Origin: Daphnia carinata
Taxonomy: Eukaryota
Direction of reading: 5' to 3'
Assembly: GCF_022539665.2 (NCBI RefSeq)
Contig: NC_081332.1
Coordinates: 2,852,001 to 2,916,000, forward strand
DNA: 64,000 bases
Under the pieces are notes generated by a model. It had not been told where the DNA came from. It was given only the letters and a program-made list of their open reading frames with translations, and made no database searches. This document shows positions 40,244 through 52,028 of this stretch, one piece after another. The position numbers were made by a program, and so were the translations under genes. How positions within the stretch are numbered: the stretch's first letter is position 1; the number at the start of each line of letters is the position of its first letter.

Positions 40244-43200
40244 GACGTCACCACATAACAAAGTTGCTCCTATTTTATCTGCTCCAAAGAGTCACAAAGT
40301 TCCTTGTTCTCCTCCGGAGAGAGGGGCAGTCTATGCTCCAAGTTTTCGGCCGGGTTCGAGAGAAGGCAAAAAAAAAAAAAAAAAAACCAACAACAAAATA
40401 CAAAAGGTTAAGCTCTTCTCTAATAGGCTCAAGTCTAAACACAGAACGTTGGAGAGAAATCAATAAATTGATTTTAAACAAAAATTAAATGCGCAGTTTT
40501 CTTTCGACAAACCCATTTGGCCACACCCTCAACATTTCCCACAAAATTCCGATGAAAAATGAGCAGGTAAAAAGCTTCGATAACAAACTGCGATCCATCA
40601 AGAAGCCGATTTTTTTTTGTCCAGCTTCCTTCTTTTTTTAAAACCAACTGTCCGCGTATCCCGTATATATATATATATATAGATTCACGCGCTTGGCGGT
40701 CGAAGGCGTCGGTTCCGACGAACGGGGGGGGGGGACTTGGGAAAACATGGAAGAAGAGCAACAAGCGCAGAATGGCACACACAAACAGCTGCTGTGTTAG
40801 CCTCCCTCACCCACCTCCCCTTCAACACAGAAAATGACACACAGACGGCCATTATATAAGAAAAAAAAAAAGCGTCCATATAACGATGAAACCAGATGAT
40901 GTTGTGCGGAGAGCCCCAAAAATTCACGCGGGTGTATATAACGTATACACAAAATAGAATGAGGAAAGGAAAAAATAAAAAAAAAAAAAAAGGAAAGAAA
41001 GGCCGTCCGTTGGAACAATGCAATATAATGGGCTGGATCGATATTGTATTTTCACTCGCGCCAATCGTTTATTCAGCTCACGATAGCTGCAATTTGCGTC
41101 GTAACACGAAAATACATATACGTATGTATATAATAAACTTCATCATCATCGGCTGGATCGAGAAACGAACGAACGTGAGTGGCATAACGATCATGCCGAA
41201 ACTGAGAGAGCAAGGAAAACATGCGACTCTTCTTGTATGCCTGACATGGAATCCTAACCTATCGGATCGCTGGATGTATACGGGCTCGTTATATGTGTCA
41301 CTATACTTTTGAACGTTATGTGTACGACATCCATTGCATCCTTGAAGGGAAAAACTTGTTTTCCCCTTTTGCTTTCAAAATGCATTCCTCTCGCAAAAGA
41401 TGAAAACGTCTCCAATAAAAACACGTTAAGTGTCTAGAATAGCAAAAATGCCTCCCAAATAACCGAACGGCGATCAAAAAAAGAGGAGGAAAACGTTTCG
41501 CTTGAGTGGCTTACAGTTGGATCGTGACGCGACCGTTCTCTCTCCCTCCTCCCGCAGCCACCCACCTAGGTCACCCAGCGTGAGACACCAACAGATAGTG
41601 TGTGTGTGTGTGTGTGTGTCTGTGTGGGTATAAATACATTTTTACATGGCGACCGAGAGAGAGAAAGAAGAGACCCGGAGGCTTCTTGGCCCACATTGAA
41701 AAGTCCTTTTGGAAACCGTTTGGCTTTTTTTTTCTTTCTTTTACTTCGTCTCCCAACTTTCATCAACATCTTTCTTTTTCTTCTTTTTTAAAAAATTCTT
41801 TTTTTTTTTCTTTTTCCTATAAGGAAAGAAGAAAAGAGGCCGAGGTAGAGTAAACCGATCACAATCGCACCTCTTACATTCTTGATATTTTCTTTGCTTA
41901 TCGTTCAACATTCTTCCCTTCTTTCACATCAAAAGAAAAACTTTGCTTTTTTTCTTCCCTCCCAGCCAAGGAAAACAAAAATCGTTCGGGTTAAGAAGAC
42001 GGGGAGTCATATCAATCTGGCATCTCTCCCGTTTGGTTGATTTGCTTTGATTGCATTCCACAAACACCCAAAATTTGAGGGGCGGCGGCAAACGCTGGTG
42101 GGACGGACGACAAATAATAATAAAAAAAAAGAGAGAGAGAGAGAAAAAAACGGAATTATTTTTTCTTTCTTTCTTTCTTTGAGCGTCACGCTGGCAATCA
42201 AAAAGCATTTCTTCTTTTTTTCCCTCCTCCTTTCCAAAGAAAAAAAAAAAAAACTGGTAAAATAAAAAGATGACGAGATTGACTCTCAGTTGACAAAGAT
42301 GGCCGACAACTTCCAACTATGGAGGGGGGTTAGTATTTATTTCAATCAAGTCAAGCAGACTATCCTCTACTCTGGGCCGTAATTAAATGAGTGAATGTAA
42401 TTTAGACTCTGGCTCCCTCCCCCCTTTTCTGCCTTTGGCAAACATCATCGTACCGACCAGGGAAAGGGGAGGTATCACTTTGTAAATAATCAAGTCTGCA
42501 TCGTATAGACGACGATGAGGAGAAATGAGCCATAGAGAGCTAAATAACACAACAGTGTCACTGTAAGATAATAAGACGAACGGGAGGAATGTTCTTCGTC
42601 TCTAACATCATAAATGGTGAATAGAACGAGTGAGGATAGATGCGTCTTGAGCCATCCAAAAGGCCAACAGTCACACGCACATGGAAACAATTCAATTTCC
42701 ACTCTAACACATTCCTATCTTCTTCTCTCCCACCACCCCCCTCTTTTTATGTACACACACATAAACATACACACACACACAATAATAGAGATATATAGCG
42801 AGCCGACGAGAGCAGACGACGCACGAAAAATAAACGAAAGGTAAGAAGGAAAGAAGAGGAAAGAAAAAAGAAACAGGTCATGTCGTATCGATCGTGTTGG
42901 AAAAAGAGAAAATTCCCTGCCATCTGAGATGTGCGTTGCACAACGTTCCTGCCAGCAAGTCACCCCACCCTTTGTAATATCATCATGACTTTAGAAGATG
43001 TACGATCCGTCTTGCGACTCGCCAGGCGATGGGGATATATGTTCAGCGGGAGCGGATCCATCTTCATAGCTCTCATCATATACGGGGGATAGTACCACTC
43101 GTGTATCCGTGTTCTATCATGTCCTCTTTCTTTTTTTTTTCCTTTTAAAGAGGAAAAAGCTTCGTTCACAGCGGTGGGAGGAATTGTCCTACGAAAACTA

Positions 43201-44588
43201 ACGACACCCGCGCCTTCATTCTGTCTGCGTCGTGCACATGAATCACGATCCCTCCCTTCCCCAAACCACCTAAGACCTTTGACCTCATTTAGAGGATAAA
43301 TAACCTCGATCAAGGTCGTAAAGGTAGAATATTTTTTTTTTACCTGCCCCCGATTTTTACGACCCCCCCCCCCTAATAGGAGGGGGCTGGAAAAAGAAAA
43401 ATCCAGGAGGTCAGCTGGACACCGACAAACACCATCTGTCTACCTTCATGTTATTTTTTTTTTTCCTCGTCTGGAGAAGAAGGTTTTCTTCTACTTGTTC
43501 ACAATTGAGTAGCAGCAGCTGGTGGCCAAAGCTCTCCATTTCCGTCATTTTCCAATGACCTTCCGGGCATATACCAACGTCGTCTCCTTTTTTCCAAAAG
43601 AATTTCGTCGTTTTTTTTTCTGTTGGTGTAGGCAGTAGACTTCAAATAGGATTTCTCAGATTCTCAGATACTCAGATACACACACACACACACACACACA
43701 CAACCCACGCGGACACACACACGAGATTTTAGGGAGGAACACACGCTGATGAGATCTGGCTCGGTGCACAGCTGGGGCTTTTCACAAATATTGATTGCCC
43801 CCCATCTCTACCTACTGGCTAACTAGGACGCCATTTCGAAATTTACAGTAAAACAAACAAAAATTCGAGATGAATTCTGCCAAAGTTTTTCTTCTAGTTA
43901 GAATGAACGGAATTGTTGTCGGGGCGGAAACAACGAAAAAAATGAACGAAAACAAGAGTATCCCACTCCCCTTTAAAAAAAAATGGCCGTTTTTATTTCA
44001 CGTAGGAGTGTCGTGTTGAACAATCCCAAGTATGGGCGGACATGACTCATGTGTTCAACGAAGACCTTTCTCTCCCAGCCCAACGTCTCGAAACGTGATC
44101 GAATCTGCTTGGCACCGCATTACTTTACTCGACAACAACAAAAAATTGGGTGTTAAAAAAAGGGGGGACTTTCAAAGAAACGCAAATAGAAAAAAAAAAG
44201 GGGAATTTGTGTTACATTAAACATTCAATCGGTGCTTGATTGAGACCCTGAAAGGCTTTTTTTTATCAGCCACCATCATTACGATTCTCTTGTCTTTCAC
44301 ACCACATTTTGGTTGCTGCGAACATAAAAGGCAGACACCACTGGTAGTAAAAAAAAAAAAAAAAAAAGAAAAAAAAGCAAAACAGATCTAATGCAATGAC
44401 GCAATCAAGAAGAAAAACCTGTTCGTTTTCAGCTGTTAAACACCAGCCAGACATTTTAGAAGGAATAAAAAAAGAAAAGAGAACAAAAAAATAAGAGTTT
44501 CGTTGTGCTTACCTTGAGTTTCGGCAGTCGACACTGCGGCGAACAAAGCCAAGGCCACAGCAACGACGAGCGTCGGCCAGCGAGCCAT
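25779..44588 (-). CDS. Cals: Calsyntenin (two cadherin repeats, LamG/LNS-like domain, TM helix, acidic tail with WD kinesin-light-chain motifs)
   Basis: 15 phase-compatible exons: 44588-44513 (signal peptide MARWPTLVVAVALALFAAVSTAETQ), 36498-36335, 32883-32756, 32111-31903 (DVNEYAP, DADCS), 30239-30093, 29995-29823, 29157-29041, 28679-28517, 28414-28287, 28089-27912, 27790-27617, 27548-26881, 26724-26409, 26283-26108 (TM helix + AWDDSALTITVNP) and 25976-25779 (acidic, LEWDNSTL). Confidence 0.95.
34794..36105 (+). CDS. Secreted C1q-domain-containing protein (signal peptide, coiled coil, PxSCxDL...VYCDF module, globular C1q), nested antisense in calsyntenin intron 2
   Basis: Exons 34794-34913, 35030-35092, 35176-35238, 35329-35539 and 35624-36105 join in frame. 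C1q motifs: PIPFD..LNVGGAMN..SGIFTAPRTGNYFFS, LNLQAGDQIWL, THFNGWLL. TATA-like CATATAAAG at ~34681 and AATAAA at ~36157. Confidence 0.9.
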
Positions 44589-45233
44589 GAAGGAAAGAAC
44601 AAAATCTCTCCCCCCACAAAAAAAAAATGGAGAATAGATTTCGGGGTTCTAGACGCGTTGAAAAATGCGGCTGCTAAAAACCTCCCCAAAACTACCAACA
44701 CGGCATCAAAGAGGAAAAAAAAAGTAGCTAGAAAACAAGTTTCTTTTCTTTTTTCAGAGAATTTTGTTTGTATGTCTCGTTCCCCCCCTTCTATTTCCCA
44801 ACAGAGGGAAAAAAGTCACTCGCTGATGGGGCAGAGGTGAACGTACAGTGCGTAACGGCAGTTGTGTCGATTCTGACAAACACTTTCTTCCACGAGCACG
44901 AGCAAAACGAAGTCGAATATCCGGTGATGAAACCAACAACAAGAAAACAAATCGAACGGTTCACACAGACGGAGAAATCAAACAAACAACACTGCGAGGT
45001 AATAACAGATCGTCTGCCAGCAAAATGGCGCAATAAATAAAAGCTAAGACGAAAACCGAACGATTCTAAAAACTGCAAGGGAAACGCGTGCGACCAAAGA
45101 GTCGACGAGCTGCCTCGAGAATGACACGTTCTGAACGCAACGAAGCCAGGTTTTTTCTCCGCAGGATGTGCTAAAGAGGAGGGAGGGCGAGGGAGGCTGG
45201 ACATCGAGGACAGTGCACCTGCTAGCCTATCAC

Positions 45234-45249
45234 TAGCGCCATCTAGTGG
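45234..45249 (+). promoter_or_regulatory. CTCF-like insulator motif TAGCGCCATCTAGTGG
   Basis: Close match to the established CTCF core (GCGCCmYCTAGTGG). It lies between the calsyntenin 5' end and the cyclin L 3' end. Binding is not shown. Confidence 0.55.
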
Positions 45250-46299
45250 TGTGAAATCAAACATTAAATTACAATAAAGAAACGAATAGGTACGAAAACA
45301 GATAAACGCAAACAGTCGGATGTATGCAAATAAACTGACGCAGCTGCGTGCGTTCATGTACCCATGTGAGTGTGTTTTGTGATAAATGCGGATGCACTAT
45401 TCAAATGATTTTGGGCGCCAGCTTTTACAGACGGGGATAAAGAATCATGTCCTAAAAAAGAAGGATTACCTCTCGCCAAAGCCATTTTGCAATGCTTTGA
45501 CCTCGACGAAGACTTTGAAACCAAATTTAGTCAACAAAGGAGTTCCAAGTCAAGACAAAATGGACGCACCTAGTTGGGCGGCGGCAAGATCACGAAAACT
45601 TGCAACATCGTCGTGCCAAGGTTGGTCTTGTTACAAGAAAACTCGAACAATTCAAACGGCCAGAAAAGGAGTCATCCAACACGTCGGATGTAGTTGCTGG
45701 ATGCTGATAAACCCATTTCATATTTGCTCAACGGTACACACACAAAAAATGGCGTCCTCGGCTTTCATTGCTTTTATCTCCCCCCCATTGTTGCGCAAAA
45801 CGATTCAGGTACCGCTGCTATCGAATTAGATTCGTCCGTGATGTTGACAGTCGAAATATCTGCGAAAAGGAAGGAGAGAACTGTCGTCGCTTCGCATGAA
45901 TGCACCATTTTGTATTTTTCTTCTCTTTTTTATTTCATAAAAATGGAAACACTTCCTTTTCGCGTAAACGAAAAAGGGAGGGACAAACCAAAAGAGACGT
46001 CGGAATCAGGGCGGTTGGCGGGGGATGTTCAATTGAATCTAAAACAGGCCAGACGGAGAAGAGTAGAAAGAAAATACATTCGTATGGAACCATGTGAGCT
46101 GCCGTCAGCCAAAAAGGTGTGTTGGAAAAGACAGACACAAACGAAAGGCAGACACAAATAGAGAAAGAAAAAGAGACAAAAAAAACAAAAAAAAAAAATG
46201 ATGAATTTTGTTTTTTAAGGAGGATGTATGGATGACAAGACATTATCATCGTTGGTTGAGGTTTTGTGTTTTTGTTTCAAACTTTTCAAAGAATGCACA

Positions 46300-47452
46300 T
46301 CAACGTCGTCTGTCCCGAGACAGGGATCGATCCCGATGTCTCGACCTCTCCTTCTTTGAATCTCTTTTCTCTTCTCTTAGGCTGTGGCTATCTTTACTAC
46401 GATATTTATAATCGCGTTCTTTTTCACGATCCCGTTCTCGATCACGACCTTCTCCTCCTCCGTACCTATCACTTGTCGCTGTTGTGCTTTTCTGAGTAGA
46501 ATCCCTCTCTTTTCTTTTGTTATCTTTATCGTTGCCTGTCCTGTCACCGCGTTCCCGCTGCTCTCGTCGCTTGTCATCTCTGGAACGCGACCGGGAACGA
46601 GTTCGGCTGCGGGAACGTGAGCGCTTCTTCCGGTGGTGGTGGTGGTGACTGTGGTGACGCGACTTGCGTCGCCTGTCCTTGCCCTGCTTATCAGAAGGGC
46701 TCATGGACGGAGACCGGGGAGGACTTTCCACCAATTTGGAACTCTTTTTCGTTGCTGCCGACGTCACATGGTTCTTTTCTTCACCTACAAAGGAAAACAC
46801 ATTTTTGCTGCACTTAGTCACTGCTTTTGGCATCGGTTTGATCACCAACTGACGTCTCAATACCTTTGGAACTGGATGGCGTGCTTCCAACAGAATCGGC
46901 CGAGATGCCTTTGTTTATTTCTGGTTGTTGTGTTACAGTAGCGACAGCCACACCCGGACTGAAAGTCGAATGATTCTCATTTTTTATAGGCGTGGCTGTT
47001 CCTCCCGAGGCAACTCCTGAAGCACCGCCTTCTTGAACTGCTTGTTTCAATCGTTGGCGGCTTTCCTGATACGCTTGTTCCAGCTGCGATACTATCTTGT
47101 CCAGCTGGTCAGCGTCCGGCTGCCAAATACGAATTAGCAAGAAAAACAAAAACGAAAATGTAATACAGAATGATAAGAGGAAAGATGAACAGATATACCT
47201 TTGCGCGCGCATAGAGTTTGAGAATGCGGATGGAAATGTCCTTTAAATCAGTTTCGACGCTACCAAATAGAAGATACCAAGCGGGTTTTTTCGGAAGAAC
47301 AATGCCCAGCTTCCGAGCACTGAGGTAGATACAGGCACAAGCGATGGTTTCGGGACTGTAGCGAACAAAGACGTCCGTCCTCAGTGAGTCGTTCATATAA
47401 TTCCTGCACGAGAACAAAAAGAACGCGGCACGTTTTGGGAGGGAGGAAAGAC

Positions 47453-47492
<40 letters not shown>

Positions 47493-49524
47493 CAAGAACC
47501 GGACCTCAATAGCGGTCAATATTTTGTGTAAGGGGGGTAGATAAAATGAGCACACATAATGAAAAAAAATTAAAAAAAATATATGAATTACAAATCACTG
47601 AGGCACGACTCGTTGGTCGCATTTTGGGCTAGGCTTTCACTACACGGACACCACGATCCAAGTAACCGTGTGTCCATGACTTCAGTCATTATTTCAAAGC
47701 GATTTTGAAAAGCATGCTCTTTTCATTAGGAAAGGATAAAAGGAAAATAAATCTAAATGAATTAAAAATGGCTAGCCAAAACAAACTAAGAAAAAGAGAT
47801 GCAGCGAGACGAGTGACAAGACGCAAATTTTAAAGCCGGCTGACAGACGTGGATTTCACAGATGCTCGGCAGAAGATGTGAGCTCACCGGTGCTGGGCAA
47901 AAGCCTCCAGAATGATAATAATAGTGAAAACAGCGTTGCCTGCTGAAATTTTAAGAGTAAATATTTGAATCGTTTTGTATAGAGAAACCCAATTTTGACT
48001 CATCAAGTGAGAGAATACGCCAAGTGAGGGTGACACAAAATGACTGAACTCATGGAGAACATTTGGATTGAATGGGTAGAGAGGCAAGCCATCTCAAGTC
48101 AAATGGCAATTGAAGTGAGGTTGAGGCACTCTCCAGAAAAAAAAAAAGCCAAAATAAATATAACCCGACGGCAGATGCAGTGGGCGTGGTTCAGCCTAGC
48201 CCAGCCCCGACATGGCCGACGTTCCAGCCTTGATGGAAGGATGAGAGGAGGAGGAGCCGATACGCAGGCGTATGGCGGGGAACCCTCGTTCTACCTCTCA
48301 CCGCTACTTACCGACTCAATGGGGACACCCCGGTCCTCACCTAAACACTGTTAGGCGAGAACCAAAAATGAAAAGTTAATAAAATCATCACTACAATGAC
48401 TTTTACCTATCCATGCCTGAATTTTCCCCAATCCAAACCATTATATCTCACAAAATTTTCCCACTACTAAGACAACCCTCTCTTATCCCTTTTGTGTACC
48501 TATCTTGTTCAGAAAAAGTTGGGAAAAGCAATATTTGATTTTAGGTGATTCTGTTTACCGCTGTAAATTAATGATTGGTAAAGTGTGCAACTCAAAAATG
48601 TTACACTCCCATGACCCTCAATTGCAATTGTCAAGTATCATTGAAGATTCAGCCATGATATCTCATTAGGCAACACAGTATTGACTGTCCATATGTAATT
48701 AATGAAAAGGCGAAGATATCTTACCAGGAAAGCTGGACAAGTCGCTTGTTCTTCTCAAATCCCAGTATTTGCAGGTACATAACAACAATCTATATCAATC
48801 AAATAATAATCAAATAAATCCATTATGATAGGGAAAAAAAAGTTGTTTATGAACCTTGTGTGGATGTTTCACATGAACACAGAAACCTAGTTCTTTGAGA
48901 ACTCTTCTTTCTGCTTTAATAACTTGATTTTTTAAATTAATATAACCTTGGTCTAGCAATACAGGTTCAATTGTTCTAAATACAAATCTTATTACAAAAC
49001 TTTTCAGCTAATGGTAAATTAGGAAACCTTACTTTCCACCACGAACTTGCTTGATGTGCTCAAAAACAGATATCACATCTCTTATCCTTCTAGGAGCCTC
49101 TTCAACTTTAGAAGCACAACAGAGGCAGCCCATAGCAGTTATTTCCATCGGTTGGCGAACAAACGATTTGCTGTGGTAGAATCTGTGAAACAGGACTTGC
49201 CCTGTAGCCATTGCAACCTACTTGCCGAAGACATAAAGAAACAAGCTTAGAAAATGCATACGAAAAAAACATAATCGTAACTTCAATTCTAAGGCAACAA
49301 GCAACAACCTGTGGTAATCTCAAGAGAATTCCGGCAGTTTGGATCAGCTCACAGCCAAGGATCCTGAGATCCATCTCAGTTTCAGGGTCCAATCCATCGA
49401 GACTCGAAGCAGTACATGCAAGTCTTTCTGGGGGAAGGAGGCAATTTTCTAAATTAATGATAACACGTCCGTAATGTTTGGGAACTTTGGCGGCTAACAG
49501 CGTGTCGCTTTGCTTGTCAGCCAT
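46300..49524 (-). CDS. CCNL1: Cyclin L (cyclin box plus C-terminal RS domain)
   Basis: Exons 49524-49309 ([21 protein letters not shown]), 49217-49033 ([29 protein letters not shown]), 48975-48855 ([23 protein letters not shown]), 48789-48725, 47403-47199 ([27 protein letters not shown]), 47119-46864 and 46784-46300 (RS/RD-rich). It is the invertebrate equivalent of CCNL1/CCNL2. Confidence 0.95.
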
Positions 49525-49601
49525 TTTTCGACGAACGCTGCGAATATGATGCGTGCACTAGTCAAACTGTTGACGTGGAACAATAGGTGGAAGCACCTAT
49601 A

Positions 49602-49728
49602 TGGCAATCTGTTTTAAACCCCCACCCCAAAAAAATAAAATATCGGCCTTTTTTTTCTATTTCCCTGCTATCGCCATCTACCGGTCGATAGCAGTAAAAC
49701 AGAAAGATAGGGGGAAAACGGATTGCCA
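49602..49728. mobile_element. 127-bp MITE-like palindromic element in the cyclin L promoter
   Basis: TA|TGGCAATCTGTTTT ... AAAACGGATTGCCA|TA gives a 14-bp terminal inverted repeat with 1 mismatch and TA on both sides. An internal 9-bp stem CTGCTATCG/CGATAGCAG surrounds a CTCF-like GCCATCTACCGG. Confidence 0.65.
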
Positions 49729-50081
49729 TAGATTGCATCAAACTTACCCATTCGGCAGCTCAAGTGTGTATGTGTTTTTCTTTGATAATTATTTTATTTT
49801 GCTACTATGCTTAGTAAACTGCAATCGTGCCCAATATTTTTGCCTTTGCATTTTCGGTCTACTCTTAGGTGATCTATACCTGATCCTGTGTTTTAAAGTG
49901 ATCTGCTTTCACAGCTACATTTCTGTGTTCTTTTCCGTTGGTCTATGGTTCTGAATTGAGGCAAGTATATCTATTATGCTATGTCACTAAGTAGTATAGG
50001 GAAGGGAATAACTGAAGTTGATTGAGATCTATTCTGATTATCCTGATATCCATCTCAACAGGTTTTTATTTGCTTTTCAAC

Positions 50082-51054
50082 ATCCATTTCATAGTGGGAC
50101 GTGTGGCTTTGATTAACATTGCCATAAAGACTGCCGAAAATGGGTGTGGTACGGAAACCCAGAAATGGCATGAGTTCAACATCAAACATGGATTAGGTAC
50201 TTTTCGGTTTTTTGTCTATCAAAAAAGTATTTTTAATGCTATTATTTTGTATTCACAGAATTTTAGCGGGTGATCAAGTCAAGTCTGGAAGTGTTACAGG
50301 ATGGAAGAGTGAGCCTACAGTTGAAAAAACACTGAGAGTGCATTACCATTAAGGTATGAGGTAAAGTAATAGAGTGTGCACATTGTCTAATGAGAAATAC
50401 CATCTTGTGTAAATGAATCCTGTATAACAGCAATCCTTTATAGTTCTGTCACAGCTAGAAGTCTCAAATAATTCTGCTTCTCTTGCTAAAGAACAACTTG
50501 TCCTTTACGTTCAGAGTGTTGGTGAAGCTGGGTACTTAAATGGCCCTAAAGATGTTTCACTTTGCTGGCATTGCAGCGATGAACATCATACATGGACTCT
50601 TTAGGTATGAAAGGAATTTTCTTGAAAAACTCTTGAATTTATGACGAAGCATTTCTCCTCCTTTTTGCCAACCATGTCTAATCTACAAAAAAAAAAATTA
50701 TCCAATAGGAAAAGATTTTTAGCATACTGGGAACACAACTATCAACAATGCAACATTCTACGGGTGCTATTTTATCATTCAAGAGCCTTATACAATGATG
50801 TTCATCTGCAATTTGTATGGCCTTTCCCAAGCTTCTGCCAGAAGTTGAATCTATGAGTCATGTAAGTCACATGAGCAACAATTGAGATGCTTAATGGTGT
50901 TGTTTTTCTTTTCTCAGTATAGGTTAATAGTAACATTGGATCTGAAAAGATTCTTGGTTGGGGCAAGACACTGAATAAATTGTAATGATTGGATGGATGA
51001 CATGACATTTCTATACTTCATTCGGATTCCCGAGACGGTATTTTATATTTAAAC
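50082..51054 (+). pseudogene. Degraded multi-exon gene fragment, possibly protein-kinase-like
   Basis: A series of AG/GT-bounded blocks (~50082-50197, 50260-50353, 50456-50604, 50709-50861, 50922-51037) carries in-frame stops. The last block reads KILGWGKTLNKL**LDG*HDISILHSD. The region is CpG-poor. The kinase assignment rests only on the LH...ILHxD resemblance. Confidence 0.45.
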
Positions 51055-51674
51055 AATTGAAGTGCATATCTGGGCTCCCTTCCTTTCCGTAGCCCCGTTT
51101 CCCCTTGACTCGTAATAAGCCCGTAGGGGGTCATGCCCCTACTGTACGGTATATATAAAAATAACATATACCGAGGTTTGGAGGGCTCTGGCCGGAAAGG
51201 GGACGTGGGGGTCCGCTTAGTCCGATGATGTGTTCACGGAGGGCGATGTGGCTATCCACAAATCCGAACTAAAGGTTAATCGCTCCAGTAAAAATGTTCC
51301 AAATCTTCGGCTCTTCTTCCGGCTTCTCTTAGCCAATCACCGGGTAATCTCCCCGGTGGGTCAACAAGGCAGTGTCTCCCCCTGCCTGGGTTGACGGCAA
51401 CTATTGAAAGGGCTATTGTGCCTTTTTAAAGTTGCAAAAATAATTATAATGTGCAGAGAATTGTCAATAAATTTTTTTTTTTTATAAAATATTTTTTCCA
51501 AAATTTGTTTCTTTCATTGTCTGTTTTCGCTGTGTTCACACATTACATTTATCAACTTTTTTTTTTATTTAGCTAACTCAAATCACCTATATTGTTTTTC
51601 CCACCTTTGATGGTAAGCATTGGGCCACGTTTAATGGTAAACATTGTTTCCATTGGTTTTATGTAAGCATTCAA

Positions 51675-51745
51675 CTATTATCCAGGGATCGAACCCTGGA
51701 TGTTCGGCATACCGCGCCGATGCTCTACCAATGAGCTATGAATCA
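51675..51745 (-). pseudogene. tRNA-like unit 1 (pseudo-tRNA/SINE-head-like)
   Basis: Minus strand: A box TAGCTCATTGGTAGAGC, stem TCGGC-GCGGTAT-GCCGA, and B box/T arm CCAGGGTTCGATCCCTGG. The acceptor stem and U33 are not canonical. Confidence 0.7.
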
Positions 51746-51861
51746 TATGATGTCAAGTTGGCTTTTTTCTAGTGGCTTGCGGACTTGCATTTACACTTAG
51801 AATAAAACTGAAATGCAATACTGCAAAATTCTTTTCTACATTTATTCTGCTTCAATTTTAT

Positions 51862-51932
51862 ACATCTACTGAGGTTTGAACCCAGGGTAACAGATATCGG
51901 AGCTAAAGGCTCTACCACAGAGCTATGGACCT
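51862..51932 (-). pseudogene. tRNA-like unit 2 (degenerate)
   Basis: Minus strand: TAGCTCTGTGGTAGAGC ... CTGGGTTCAAACCTCAG, with A and B boxes at tRNA spacing. The anticodon arm is broken. Confidence 0.6.
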
Positions 51933-52028
51933 AATGAATGCAATAGACAGATAAACATATAGTTGTGAAAGACTGCATAAACATCCTAGACGATAACATA
52001 TGATATGCGATAATACAAAATTTACATA

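Noticed and set aside
43444..43560. Possible alternative first coding exon of calsyntenin ending ATGAAG|gtag
   Set aside because: It ends in phase 0 while exon 2 needs phase 1, and it has no signal peptide.
600..46200. Numerous six-frame ORFs rich in poly-K/poly-F (e.g. 3751-4443, 4085-4753, 20603-21202)
   Set aside because: They are translations of intronic or intergenic A/T homopolymers and microsatellites, with no domain motifs or splice support.
46814..46863. Apparent frameshift or premature stop in cyclin L
   Set aside because: Explained by a normal 79-nt intron (46863-46785) that restores the frame into the RS domain.
51170..51272. Resemblance of the arm to RNase P CR-I/CR-V, or of 51117-51150 to group II intron domain V
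   Set aside because: The spacing is too short for the RNase P specificity domain and the other conserved elements are missing. The similarity is only a few bases.
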